From Paraglomus brasilianum (Eukaryota), in the NCBI GenBank assembly GCA_910592345.1, contig CAJVPI010000148.1, positions 1 to 48,941 on the forward strand: DNA of 48,941 nt. The letters are read 5' to 3'. This document shows, one piece after another, positions 12,313 to 23,702 of this stretch (within the stretch, counting starts at the first letter, position 1; every line of letters starts with the position of its first letter). Below the pieces are notes generated by a model. That model saw only the letters and a list, made by a program, of their open reading frames with translations, had not been told where the DNA came from and made no database searches. Made by a program: the position numbers and the translations under genes.

Positions 12313-14259
12313 GGATCCATGAATTAATGAGGAATGGGAGATTACTTTTGAAGTAAAGAGCAGTATATATCAAACAAAAAAGCATAACATTGGGTTCTGT
12401 TGGTTCGTCTGTCAAATGATTTAAGTAATTTATGGATCACGATTTGAATATGAGGGGTTAATGAGTATTCGAACGAGTTTAGACGTAAAATATCTACAAT
12501 GTATACGATCTGGCGTGATCTGTATATATTGGCCAACACTTTAGAAAATTCCTTCGAGTGACTAAGTTTATTGAGTCGTTATTCTATACTGAGTGTGCAT
12601 TCCAACCTCTCAATCTTGTTCTCTCTGTGGTGTCCTCCTAATCGGTATTAGTATTAGCAGAATATTGATTATTAGACCGTTATCATTATGACCAACTAAC
12701 ACTCGTACAATATTCATTGTCAGTTAATAAATAGTTATGCATCCTAATTAAATATTTCAGTGCTTGACTCTATTTGTAGTCATCAGAAGAATATTTACAT
12801 TCGACTATCTATCAGAATGATACATACCTTGCCACCAGACGACGTTGGCAGTATAGAGAGGTCAATAGGATTTTCTTCCCACTTTGATTGTAATTGGCTG
12901 TGTGACAACAACGCGCAAAAAAAAATTTTTTTTTTTTTTTTTCGAGAGTAAAATTAGGTATTCCGTAATAGATAATACGAACATCAATAATATTAGTATG
13001 TTGCATTCGATAGACATTGCGTGTTTTAGCCAATTATGTGTGTATTTTAATTAATAAAATATAGACTAGGCTCTTGTGCTCAATCTATTGGATCGTCGCT
13101 CAGAGGTTGTACTCGGTGTTTGTCTTCAAAGAAGTCCTAGTTTCTCTTTTGATCGTTTTTCAAACCTCATTTTTGCGATTTTGTCCTTATAAACTATCTT
13201 TATTTCAACCAACAGATTAATCGCTTAGGTTCTCTATTTGTGAATAGTGTTTGCTTTTAATTACGCAATGGCAGAACGTCCTCGCTTCGTTCTTTCCGTC
13301 CTTTACCGCACAGTTGTGCATATCCGCATACATAGATACGCGTAGACCGCTGTGCGGAAAATTTGAACAGTCGCTTTGCGAGGTATCGATTTATTTGCAA
13401 ATCTCTGCGAAATAGTCACTTTGGAATCAGTCCAATGTCCAATATTATTATATTAACGAACGGCCTATAAGAAATTGACAACGAATCCTTTGTCACTTTC
13501 CAGTCAAACGATTGCAGGTTGAGGGGACATGGAATTTATACAACGTTTGCTTCTGTATAATAAGCAATTTTCAAACCGTTGCGTATTGATCTGCCGATCA
13601 CCTGATCATCGGGATATGCAACCAATCATATGTTTAATGGGATGATTAATATAACGATCGATTAGTGCTATTATCCTATTGGTGTTTAACGTTACTTTGT
13701 CATTTTTCAGTTTTTTGACAAGGTTGAGACTAGCTAGTTTGTTGGACCAAAGCAAACTTTCTTCGCTGCCTTCCATAAACATTATTATAAATGAACAGCG
13801 GGTTCTTGTAATAATTACGCAATGATCGTAATGGCGAGTATACTATATTGCTGTATAGAATATGATTAAACTTGGGTTCGCAGTGGAAAAGTTATTGTGC
13901 ATAGAGCATTCTGTATCACGGGGATTTCATGCCTGTGAGAAAGGATACATGCCGTTAACGGTGTGAAGTGTAACACCTAATCAGTGGAATCTAGCAATCT
14001 AGGCCAATGGTAGACTGGTTGACCAGATTGGACCTGCATGAGTGATAACCAATCTAATCTTTGGATCCATTTAGATGCAACTTAGAATTACTCTTCATTG
14101 CTATTATTATGAAAATACCACATAACTATTCGTATGTCACCAATCACACCAATTATCACAGCACACCCTACTTTTATTTCTGTACCCTATGGGGTGTTTA
14201 ATAATGTTGGTGATACATACAAATATGTATACCAAGGGCACTATCAAGACATATGACGG

Positions 14260-14405
14260 ATAGATGATGGATGGATAGATTATGTGATGGATGGATGACG
14301 GTGGATGGATTGTTGGATAGTTGGAAAGAAGGGAGAAGGGGGAAGAAGGGTGTGAGAAGGGTGAGAAGGGGAAGAAGGGGAAATGGGGGGGAAATAATGA
14401 GGGGA
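14260..14405. repeat. Degenerate (GATG)n microsatellite followed by a purine-rich GAGAAGG/GAAGGG tract
   Basis: gatggatggatag...gatggatggatg, then gaagggagaagggggaagaagggtgtgagaagggtgagaaggggaagaagggg. Confidence 0.75.
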
Positions 14406-15138
14406 TGTATAACAACTATAGTCGGGGGTATAACCGAAGACTGAATGAGTATATGGGATTATTGTATTTTTAATATAAATATATCATTTTATATTGTAAC
14501 TTACTTAATTGTATTTATTTTATTTATATAGTATTGTATATACATATATATTCACATTATTGTTGTTATAACATTCTCATTGCGTATGTGGCGGATTATA
14601 TTCATCCGTTGGCACGTAACACAATTTCCCTTTTTTTTTCTTGTCATACCAATATGTATATACAATACAATTAATACAAAACACTTCCACAAAATACCAT
14701 TCCGATAACTCCCATCATCATCACCTCCGTACAACCCAAACAAATCAAGCAAAATGAGGCACCAGACACACCCGAGTTGGTCTTGCGCACTTTTTGTTAG
14801 ACATACAAATACCCAAAGCTCCATTTTTACCAGTTATCGTTTGACGATACCGATAGACGATATTAACTAACAAACACACATACCCCGACACTAGTTAATA
14901 ACAGCATCCTGATAACTTCGTGCGAGCAACACACGTTAATATCAAACAACTCTAACATATTCTAAAGCGTAGAAAAGCTGAAAAAGCAGGGATACATACT
15001 ACAAATACATACTCTCAAAGAACGCACAGTGTGTTTAGAGAACACATTGATAATAAATTGAACAACCTGCAAAGCTTTCAGTTGTAACTTGCAACTACTA
15101 CTACTACTACACCGCCACCTTTAACAAACACCCATACA

Positions 15139-16604
15139 ATGGCAAATATTCCTAGCTCAACTTTTGCTTATGGTTCAACGGGACAGGCAAGGAGTAATAA
15201 CACGCAGGTGGGTTGACGAGGTCGAAAGGGTAGATAGAATAGAAGATTAGGAAATATGTGGGATAACCGACTTGATAATATTGAGAAGAGCAAAGTAAAA
15301 AAGAGCTTTATACGAGAAAAACGAATATAATGTTTATAACGTTTGTGTGATATAGAAGAATATACACTTTCTTTCTAGTATAGATGCACTTGTATTTTCT
15401 TTCTGTTGTTTGACCGACTATTTCATACGAGCAAAAGGTCCTAGTTAATTACTGGAATGACTAAAAGTAATATTATATATGAATAGACAGGGTAGAATGG
15501 TATATGCAACAAGCACATGGAACGCAGTACTAAATAACTAAATAACACTTACATTATTTAGATGCCTGTCGATTCAGAAAAGCGGAAATCAAAATCACGG
15601 CGGAAAGTGGCCGAATATGACGCTAAGAGCGAATACGAAGGGTCAAAGGTAAGACGAATACTGGACTTTGTTGATGTTTGGGACGCGCACCAAGTAATAG
15701 GCAGCCCTCTCGTCAAAAAAAACCCAACACCAGTGCTATCATATAACTCACCTTCCCTGTTCTCTTTTATTTTAGGACCACTTGAGAGTGCTTATGGATC
15801 AATACGGAACGAAATCGAAGGTAGTGGAAGATATAAACCGAGAATCTACTGAACTCCAGAACAAAATAATGGATCTTATGCGTAAGGCACAGATGAGAGG
15901 AAAGGTAAGGATTAGTCTATCGATTATATAGGAAGAGGCTTTTAAGGATGAACTATTAAATCGATAGTTTTGGGAGCCTCCAACAGTTCCAGCATAATTC
16001 ACTAACGTCGTATATCTTTCAACTCAAACAGCCCTTCAGTTTGACTCCTTCTCACACCTTCACCCAGACCGCCGGGCCCTGTCCCACTCCATCAACGCCA
16101 CAAACATCTTCAACGATAATGGAGCCAGCACCATCGAAACAAAGCGAATTCTCATTGACGCGCACTTTCTTCTGGCTGCTCTGGTTACCTTTTCAAATCG
16201 CATTTGGTATCTTGAGAACTGTGTACAGGAATCTGAACTGGGGAACAGTGCTGTTGACTGTTGCAATGATGGAGTTGACTATTGTTGGAATTATCTGGGG
16301 GTGAGTTGTTTGAATCTTTTTTTTTTCTCTTCGCCTGCACATCTTTGTTTGATGTAATCCATTTTACTGACAATACCCGTTTCTCGTATTCCTTTTTTCG
16401 TACAGCATTCGTCGTTCGCATCACAACTATCTTTATGTGGAACCATATGAGGCAGAGATCCATGGTACCTTTGGAGTCGAATCATCATCACAATTTGACA
16501 TGATCATGAGCGTCATCTCCATGATAAGGGACTTTTTTGCCGAGGTTATCAACGGAGGACGAGGTTTCGGGAGCCCCGAATACGTTGGGTATGTGCCCAT
16601 ATGA
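15139..16604 (+). CDS. Hypothetical ~250-aa coiled-coil membrane protein (KASH-like architecture)
   Basis: Five phase-compatible GT-AG exons: 15139-15207, 15562-15648, 15776-15904, 16032-16300, 16406-16604. Coiled-coil-like exon 3, S/T/P-rich linker, hydrophobic segments FFWLLWLPFQIAFGIL and WGTVLLTVAMMELTIVGIIWGI, and the end ...SPEYVGYVPI*. Confidence 0.8.
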
Positions 16605-19600
16605 AGTAAAGGAGTGAAAATGTAAACCTCGTACTTCAACGAGTCACCTATTAGAAGAAAAAAAGAATGACGATGGCGTCCGGAGGAGAAGTTGCTTACA
16701 GAGGAAAGACGTCGTTGACGACAGAGTGCAGTCGACGACGAGTAATTGTTATTAGTGATAGAGATCAGATCTTTTCGTTGACAGATATCCTCGATTATCT
16801 ACTGTTACTCTTCACTTTTGTTACTTGTCATTATTACTGTCGACTGCTCAGTCAATTAGCGCTGTTTTCTTTTATATTAGTTGGTGTTTCGTTTATGCTA
16901 GATCTCTAGAATTTTTAGAGTCTGGATCTATTATTGTTTGTTTGTTTTTTTCTTTTTAGGGACAATTGTTTTTTGTGTGTTTGTGCTTGGGTTTCTATTT
17001 TATTTCTTTTTTAAAATAATTTAATTTTCTTTTGATTACCCGTCCTGTTGGTTTATTTTATTTCTTTTTCACTGTTGTTTATTCGGTTGTTCATTCGGTT
17101 GCATTGATTCAACTTCAAATCAAAATTAAATTCCTTTGCCTTCAACCTTTTCATTGTCACATTCAATCACACTCCCAAATGCACTCTCAATCACACTTCT
17201 CTTTGTAAGTATTTTTTGTTTCCTTTGTTTTCATTTTTTTTCTTGTATTTTTCACCCTTTAGATGATTCGACTACTTGTTTATTCCCGTTGCACTGAACT
17301 GTACTGCATGATTTCAATTTGCATTTGCACTTTTACGATCGGTTGACGATCCAAAAAAAAAAAAAAAGAAAGATGAAAACTAAAACTCATCATCCAAAAT
17401 CATTTAAAAAAGAAAAATCAATAAAAAAGTTTAAATTTAACTTGTCTACAATACCGTTTTGTGGAGAGAGCTGGATGTTTTGACATTAACGAATTCGACT
17501 GTGTACTAGGTGATTTCCTTAATATAGACTAATTAACCCAAGCACGGTTTTACCGGCGATGTATTACAAGGGGTCCATAGCAACTGGATTAATAAGGTAT
17601 TATTTGTCTTCAATTATGCTTTCGGCCGATTCGTTTCTCGCTTGGCTGATATCCCATCTACTACTACTATTGGTATCATCTGTTGTCAGTGGGGGGACAT
17701 GAGATCTTCCCCAGTTTCTTTACGATCGCTCGCTTAGAAAGAGAAGACACTACCCCTCGATCGTAAATGCTTGTGCGAGGGATTCTTTTCTTACTGCGTC
17801 ACTATGATGGTTTATTTGTGATGATAGACACAAAAACCCTTTATTCTAAAATTTACCAATCGCACATTCACACGTTACCCATTTGTGGGGCAATGTTTTT
17901 TGTGATTTCTTCTTGTAGCAGTAACAACAAACGAAAAGGGAGCGATAGAGATAATATTTCAGTATTGATAAAATTTGCTTAACTAGGACAAATAGTTTAG
18001 TTTAACATCGATCGTATCATACATTATAGGGGACCCACGGACAAAATAAATTCTCTTGAAAAGAATGACCTCATCTCTTTTATTTAATTACGTGTACTTC
18101 TTGACATTTAGACATTCATGCATTTATGAAGTATCCAAACCTCTTCTGAAAGGCCTCGGCTGTATTGATAACGCAGCAGGTTCATAGTTGTCACCCAGAT
18201 TAGAAAAATGTCTGCAATGATAAGGCAGTGTTATCAGATGCATACAGGCGGATGTCTTTCTGCATGAATCTGCTTGCATCAGACATCTCGTTTATTCTCT
18301 ATCCTTTTTGCTCTGCTGCGAGACCAGTTCGCGGTTTTTGGGGTTGTACTATTTTACGTGTTGCGCTACGCTAGAAGCCACTGTTCTTGACAAAGCCTTC
18401 TGATTAAAAACAATTCGTAATCGCCACATTTAAGAATGATTCTCAATAGTATGATGGCCCTGTCAAAGAATGCTTCATATGACCTTAAACTCTCGTCCAT
18501 CCACTTGATTGGAGAAACAATCTTTTCAGAAATAGCAAATACAACAATAGATTGTCTCCCATTCACCGCAAAATCATTATTACGCCTTCGCTTCGTTTTA
18601 CACAGTTTCTCACTCTTTCATTACCAAATACTGTAAGTGTGTCTCTAATCGGTACAATGACGTCGGTACCACTTGTCGGTATCCCTGTGTCTCCGCATTC
18701 AACAATCCCTGATTGCACACATTGTGATGAGGGGATTATCAAAATAATGCGAGATGGAGATTTAATAAGTTAAGAGTTGAATGTAATTGGTATAGTTAGC
18801 AGTAAACTTAGCGACAAGTTGAGCAACAAAGAGAGGATTAATAAGTAATGTTAATAATTCATATTATTGCTAGTGTTACGTATACGTTGTTTCGGAATGC
18901 TATTATTAGTTATATTGTTGTTTATTCCTGTTTGTTATGAATACAAGCACGTGTAACTGAATGCGGTTATGAAGTGTGTTCGGATTATTACATGATGGAC
19001 AACTAAATTTGAATGGGATCCGAGCGAGAGTGCATCAAACAACAAGCAACATGGTCTAGTCCACATAATAGAGCCATAAATGTGCAGTATATTCATGTGC
19101 TTCAAATTATAGATCAATTCGTCAAAGATCGTTTAATGTTTTCTTGAAAACGGGTTGACATGCATATATATGAAGGGAAAAAGGTAAATAAAGAAGCATA
19201 TGAATAATTAGAGTACCGAATAAGGGGAATGACAAGCCTATTACAGGACATCGGGTATCGAATATCGAGTATAGAGTATTGGATAGTGGAGAAAACTAAC
19301 AGCCAATCCAAGTAGCACACTTGCCTACTCAACTAACTCTCTTTATCACTAATCCCGCCGCCTTCGACCGAGGGAGATTTATTTGAGAACTAAAAGCTTA
19401 CTTAGTATCGTATTTGTTATTCTTGCAGACTGTGGGTGAATTAGGGTTTCCAATAGTTTATTCGTTCGTAATAACAGATGACAAACAATCAATCACGAAT
19501 AGCAATTAAAGAAATTTGACAGAACACAAATGACAATATTTGGCTTTCTCTTGATTCCGATTGTTTATCCGATTCACATGAAAAAGATTGATATGAAAAA

Positions 19601-21069
19601 CCTGATCTGCAGAAAGCGAAAGAAACTGAATACGCAAACGTAGAAAATAGAAAAATTAACAAACCTTATCTAACATATGTATATCTTTGAATTGATAACG
19701 GCGAATTGCTGTATGCACAAGGAATATTAAATGAATATATTGTAAGGGCTCTTCAGCTGGGGCGCATGACACAAGAATGGGGTGGGTGAACTATCAATCA
19801 GTGCAACGAATGTGCAACCTGATATTCGTCAGTTTGACAATGGTTACAGTAACTATCCTTATCATTATACATGTGTACTACGATTCTCACATTCTCTCTA
19901 TGGTCTTCTAAACAGATTCTCTCTCTCTCTTTTTTTTTTCCCTCTTGTATTGCAAGATTGTTACGATACACAAAAACTAAAATACAATCGTTATTGCTAT
20001 GTCGAAAAAAAGAAAACAAAAACAAAAACAAAAACAAACGAACAGGCTCATACCAAAATCAAAGACCAAAAGAAAATCAGCCGGGAAAGGGGAATATTAC
20101 TGATTACAGTTAGTTCGTGAAGCAATTATAACCCGTTTTAATCAGCCTTAAAATAATTATTTTTTTGTTTAGCCATTAAAAGAATTGCAGGTGTCTGCGC
20201 TGTCTGCAACGAGGCATTCGGCATAAAAGTCAAAATGTTGTTCGTTATGCTTATCAAAAAAGCCGATCAGAAAACAATTGCCATGATACAAATGAGCATG
20301 GTAATGGCGCCACAGAAAGATTTAGGGTTCAAAAACTGTTGAACACCAAGAAGGGCTTACCCCCATGTTCCTTTTTCTGCTTTATACAAGTGCCAAATTT
20401 AAAAGTAACGAATCCAGATTAAAAAAACTGCATTAAATGAGTCTCGTTTTTGCTGGTAGAAATAGTAGCAATTAGGTCTTTTCACTGTTGCAATCCACAC
20501 ATGTACGGTTTGTTTCGCTTTGAAAATTTCCTATTTTTAATCACATTACTAAAGTTTTATTTTACGATTAATTCTGTAGCTCAAACCTTCATTCTAATAG
20601 TAAAATCAAAACATCAATCGTTCATTGAACAAAAATCCCAGTTTATGGAAAAACTTGGTAAAATTATGAATTGAAATTTCACAAGAAAAAGCTTTACCAA
20701 TAAAAAACCAATTCTCAAGAACGCGTTTATAAGATAAAATCACAGTTAATATTTATTTAAAAAAACTTATATAACGTTTGGATAAATTATGAAACTTTTT
20801 GATAAGTTGCTGCATTTCGACTCTTGGAAAAGAAAACACTATATAAATTGCATTATCAAAACCAGCCGACTCTCGATTTAAATTATAGGTAAAAACTTGC
20901 GCATAATGACTATCCAAGTGTTAATAATGATAATGATAATAATACTACCGTCTCTTTTGATAAAGATGACTGGCACAACTATATTATCACCTTGCAAATC
21001 CAAACGCGTTAGCAATAAGCGATAATAATAAGTAGTAATAGAAACCGCTCAGTCGCTGTCAAGCCCGCT

Positions 21070-21315
21070 ATGAAACTTATCACTATCTTTTGCCTCATCA
21101 ATGGCGAGTTGACAAAAAACGCCTTTGCAGTTCATGTCACGAGAAGTAAAGCAGTTGACCACCTAGGCCAAACAAAGAAATAGTTTTCTGGGTTGCGCTA
21201 GCATTAATGCCAGCAGATGGTATGAAGCAGTTTGACTGGACTGGGTAGAGAAACATCCAACAAAATAGATAAGAAATGTGTTTTCCACGTCTCTGTCTGA
21301 TGAGCATGTACAGAG
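21070..21315 (+). pseudogene. Crinkler (CRN) effector N-terminal ubiquitin-like domain, pseudogene fragment
   Basis: MKLITIFCLINGELTKNAFAVHVTRSKAVDHL..., then broken frames with ASINAS and IRNVFSTSLSDEHVQ. This matches the fungal CRN N-terminal pattern (xLFCLVxG...NAFPVxI...VGHLK...EHIHV). Stops and frameshifts are present. Confidence 0.75.
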
Positions 21316-21933
21316 ATAAAATTTTAAGTAAGCTATTTTATGTCTTGAATATTCAATAAATGTTCAAGAAAATTGTTCAATATATTGTTGGATATTAAAA
21401 AACCAGAGTATTAGTACATAGTACAGATAACAATATGGCCTATCCTACTGTATCTGCAAAACATTATGCGGCAAGACTGAGTTATGCAAAATAAACCCTA
21501 CATTATGTACGTATTTATATGAGTTTGATTGTCTACTAAAAGTTGCTTAATGTTAACATAGTCTAATACCCTTTAATATTAATTGGGTTTTAATAAATAC
21601 AACTGATTCACTGTGTGTTTTCTACATAAATTACACAAGCTTTTATTTCAAGGTTCTGATTTAGATCTCCCCCTAGTAAATTTTTACTCAAGATACAGTT
21701 GCTTAAACTTGTATGTTCTCTATTTCTTGCACTACACAGTTTAGAGACCAGACAATTAACTCTAGGTTTTGAATGCTTACTTTGTAAATATATTTTCTTT
21801 GTCCAGAGTATTACAGTCTATTACATTTGGGCTTTAAAAAATCCATAATCAATTTTTAATTGACTTATATTAATATATGGGCCAAGTTGGTGTGTGTAGT
21901 TTCCTTAATTAATTAGATAAGTTAGTATGATGG

Positions 21934-22383
21934 TTAGCCCTCGTTATATCAAAGTGGCCGGGGGCATCCATGATTAGATATAAGAGCGATTCGGTATAGT
22001 GAAATACCTCTATGTAACAAAGCTTAGGCCTAAGATTACGCAATATTCGTAAAATAAGGCTTTTGTAAAAATGGTTATACTAATAACAATTAATCCATTC
22101 GAGTTTGTTTTTGGTTTGCAATACTATGCGATTACGTCTTTCTCTTTAATGCACGAAAGGCTTGAATTTATCTTAGATTACCTTGCGTAATTGCGAGTAT
22201 TATAAACATAATACGATTAAATTATGATATACACTAAAAAGCTATTAGTTAACCTATGTATCGATAATATAACGCAATTTACTATTAAATTCGTTATAGC
22301 GAGAGAACTTTCTATTTAAAAAACGGGGAAACCACGATTACTTTGGACTGTAACGGTAATTGAGATAGCAGATAGGTAAACTC
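21934..22383. mobile_element. Possible second, older pogo-type MITE
   Basis: Left end TAGCCCTCGTTATATCAAAGTGGCCGGG and right-side TTCGTTATAGCGAG...CGGGGAAACC echo the end architecture of the 2996-3729 element. TIRs are too decayed to define exactly. Confidence 0.3.
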
Positions 22384-23702
22384 GATTAGTTCGGACAGCC
22401 ATGCCCAGCCAGTCAATAGCTATACTTAGATTGTGGATAAATTACTCACATCTAATTTCTTATGCCTTTTAATAAATCTGTTAGATAGGACACACCGCTA
22501 AATGACATGCGAAGCATTCACAATTGATCGATGGGTTCAAAAAACACGTAACAGCACAAACGCGAGAAAGTGACATCATTGTTTAGTATAGCTTACTAAT
22601 GACATCATTGGTACTAATAATAGTAACCCCTTTTTTGTTCTCCCTCCGTGAACAACGTTAAACAAAAATGTGTCATTCCCGAACGGTAGTACAGACCTGG
22701 ATGGAGAACATTCTACAGAAAAGCGAACAAACATTTCGAGGGTGTATCCCCCATTAACCAGTTACACGGATATTAATTCGAAAGTGACAATAATTAATAG
22801 TTAGTAATGCAAGAAAGACTGGTAGCTCAGTCCAACCAAGAAAGCAACCAATTAGCTTTTTTCTATATCTTCGCTTCTCTATTTAGTTAACAATCTACTC
22901 GCGCAGGCCTGTTGCTTGAAAATTTATGTAAATTCCCTCATAAATTGGTTTGTTTTGAACATTTCTGAATTTATGCGTTATAACGATTCTTATATCAATA
23001 GTCTTAATCTTAATCGGTCGCGTTTCCTTTTCGTTAATAACTCATATTACACCTTATCTGGTTTTGGTTGTTTATTTTTAGCTTACCTGTTTGTTTGTGT
23101 TTGCTGGCTATTTTGTTCTTCTGCTCAGATGCCTATTTAATTACTGTATGCTGGGCAGATTAGTTTAGTAATAGACGCTTTTCAAGTCAAAGCAATTACT
23201 TATTGACGTAGTAATTTCTTGGGGGTTCAATAGTTAATTTCTCTCCTTGCCGAATGTTTCTTTCGTCAATTATTCAGCATATGTCCTTAGAGTTTAGCAT
23301 CCCCATAAGACTAAATCAATATTTTTGGGTTCGACATTTTCATAAGTACCGCTAAGATTTTTCTTGTTCAAAAGCTTTGATGTTTATTTTTAGTCGCGTA
23401 ATTTAGTCTCATTTTCATTGGAAAGAATTACGTTAAATATAGCAGCCGACCAAAAAATAACTGGGGAGGTGGTTTGGCACAGAAAAGAGTGTTGGGCGTA
23501 TACACCTTGCGATACAGGAGCCGACTACAAACATTACCAAGTCTTAACTACGCAGCAAGACTGTTTTGCTCTTAATTTAATATTGGCCACTTGTACTCGA
23601 ACGAGGCAAGTATAAAGTGTAGGTGGACGGAATCCATTTTAATGTCTAAAATTAAAATTATTATTCCTATACACATTAATATTTACAGATGGTAAAAATT
23701 TC

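Noticed and set aside
13975..14085. Possible hAT-like MITE remnant with CCAAT/ATTGG repeats
   Set aside because: No matching TIR pair or target-site duplication could be defined.
16667..20700. Short ORFs in the long intergenic region
   Set aside because: Low-complexity AT-rich translations, mostly non-ATG starts, with no consistent splice structure or domain motifs.
22818..22845. tRNA A-box-like GGTAGCTCAGT
   Set aside because: No cloverleaf and no B-box at the proper distance.
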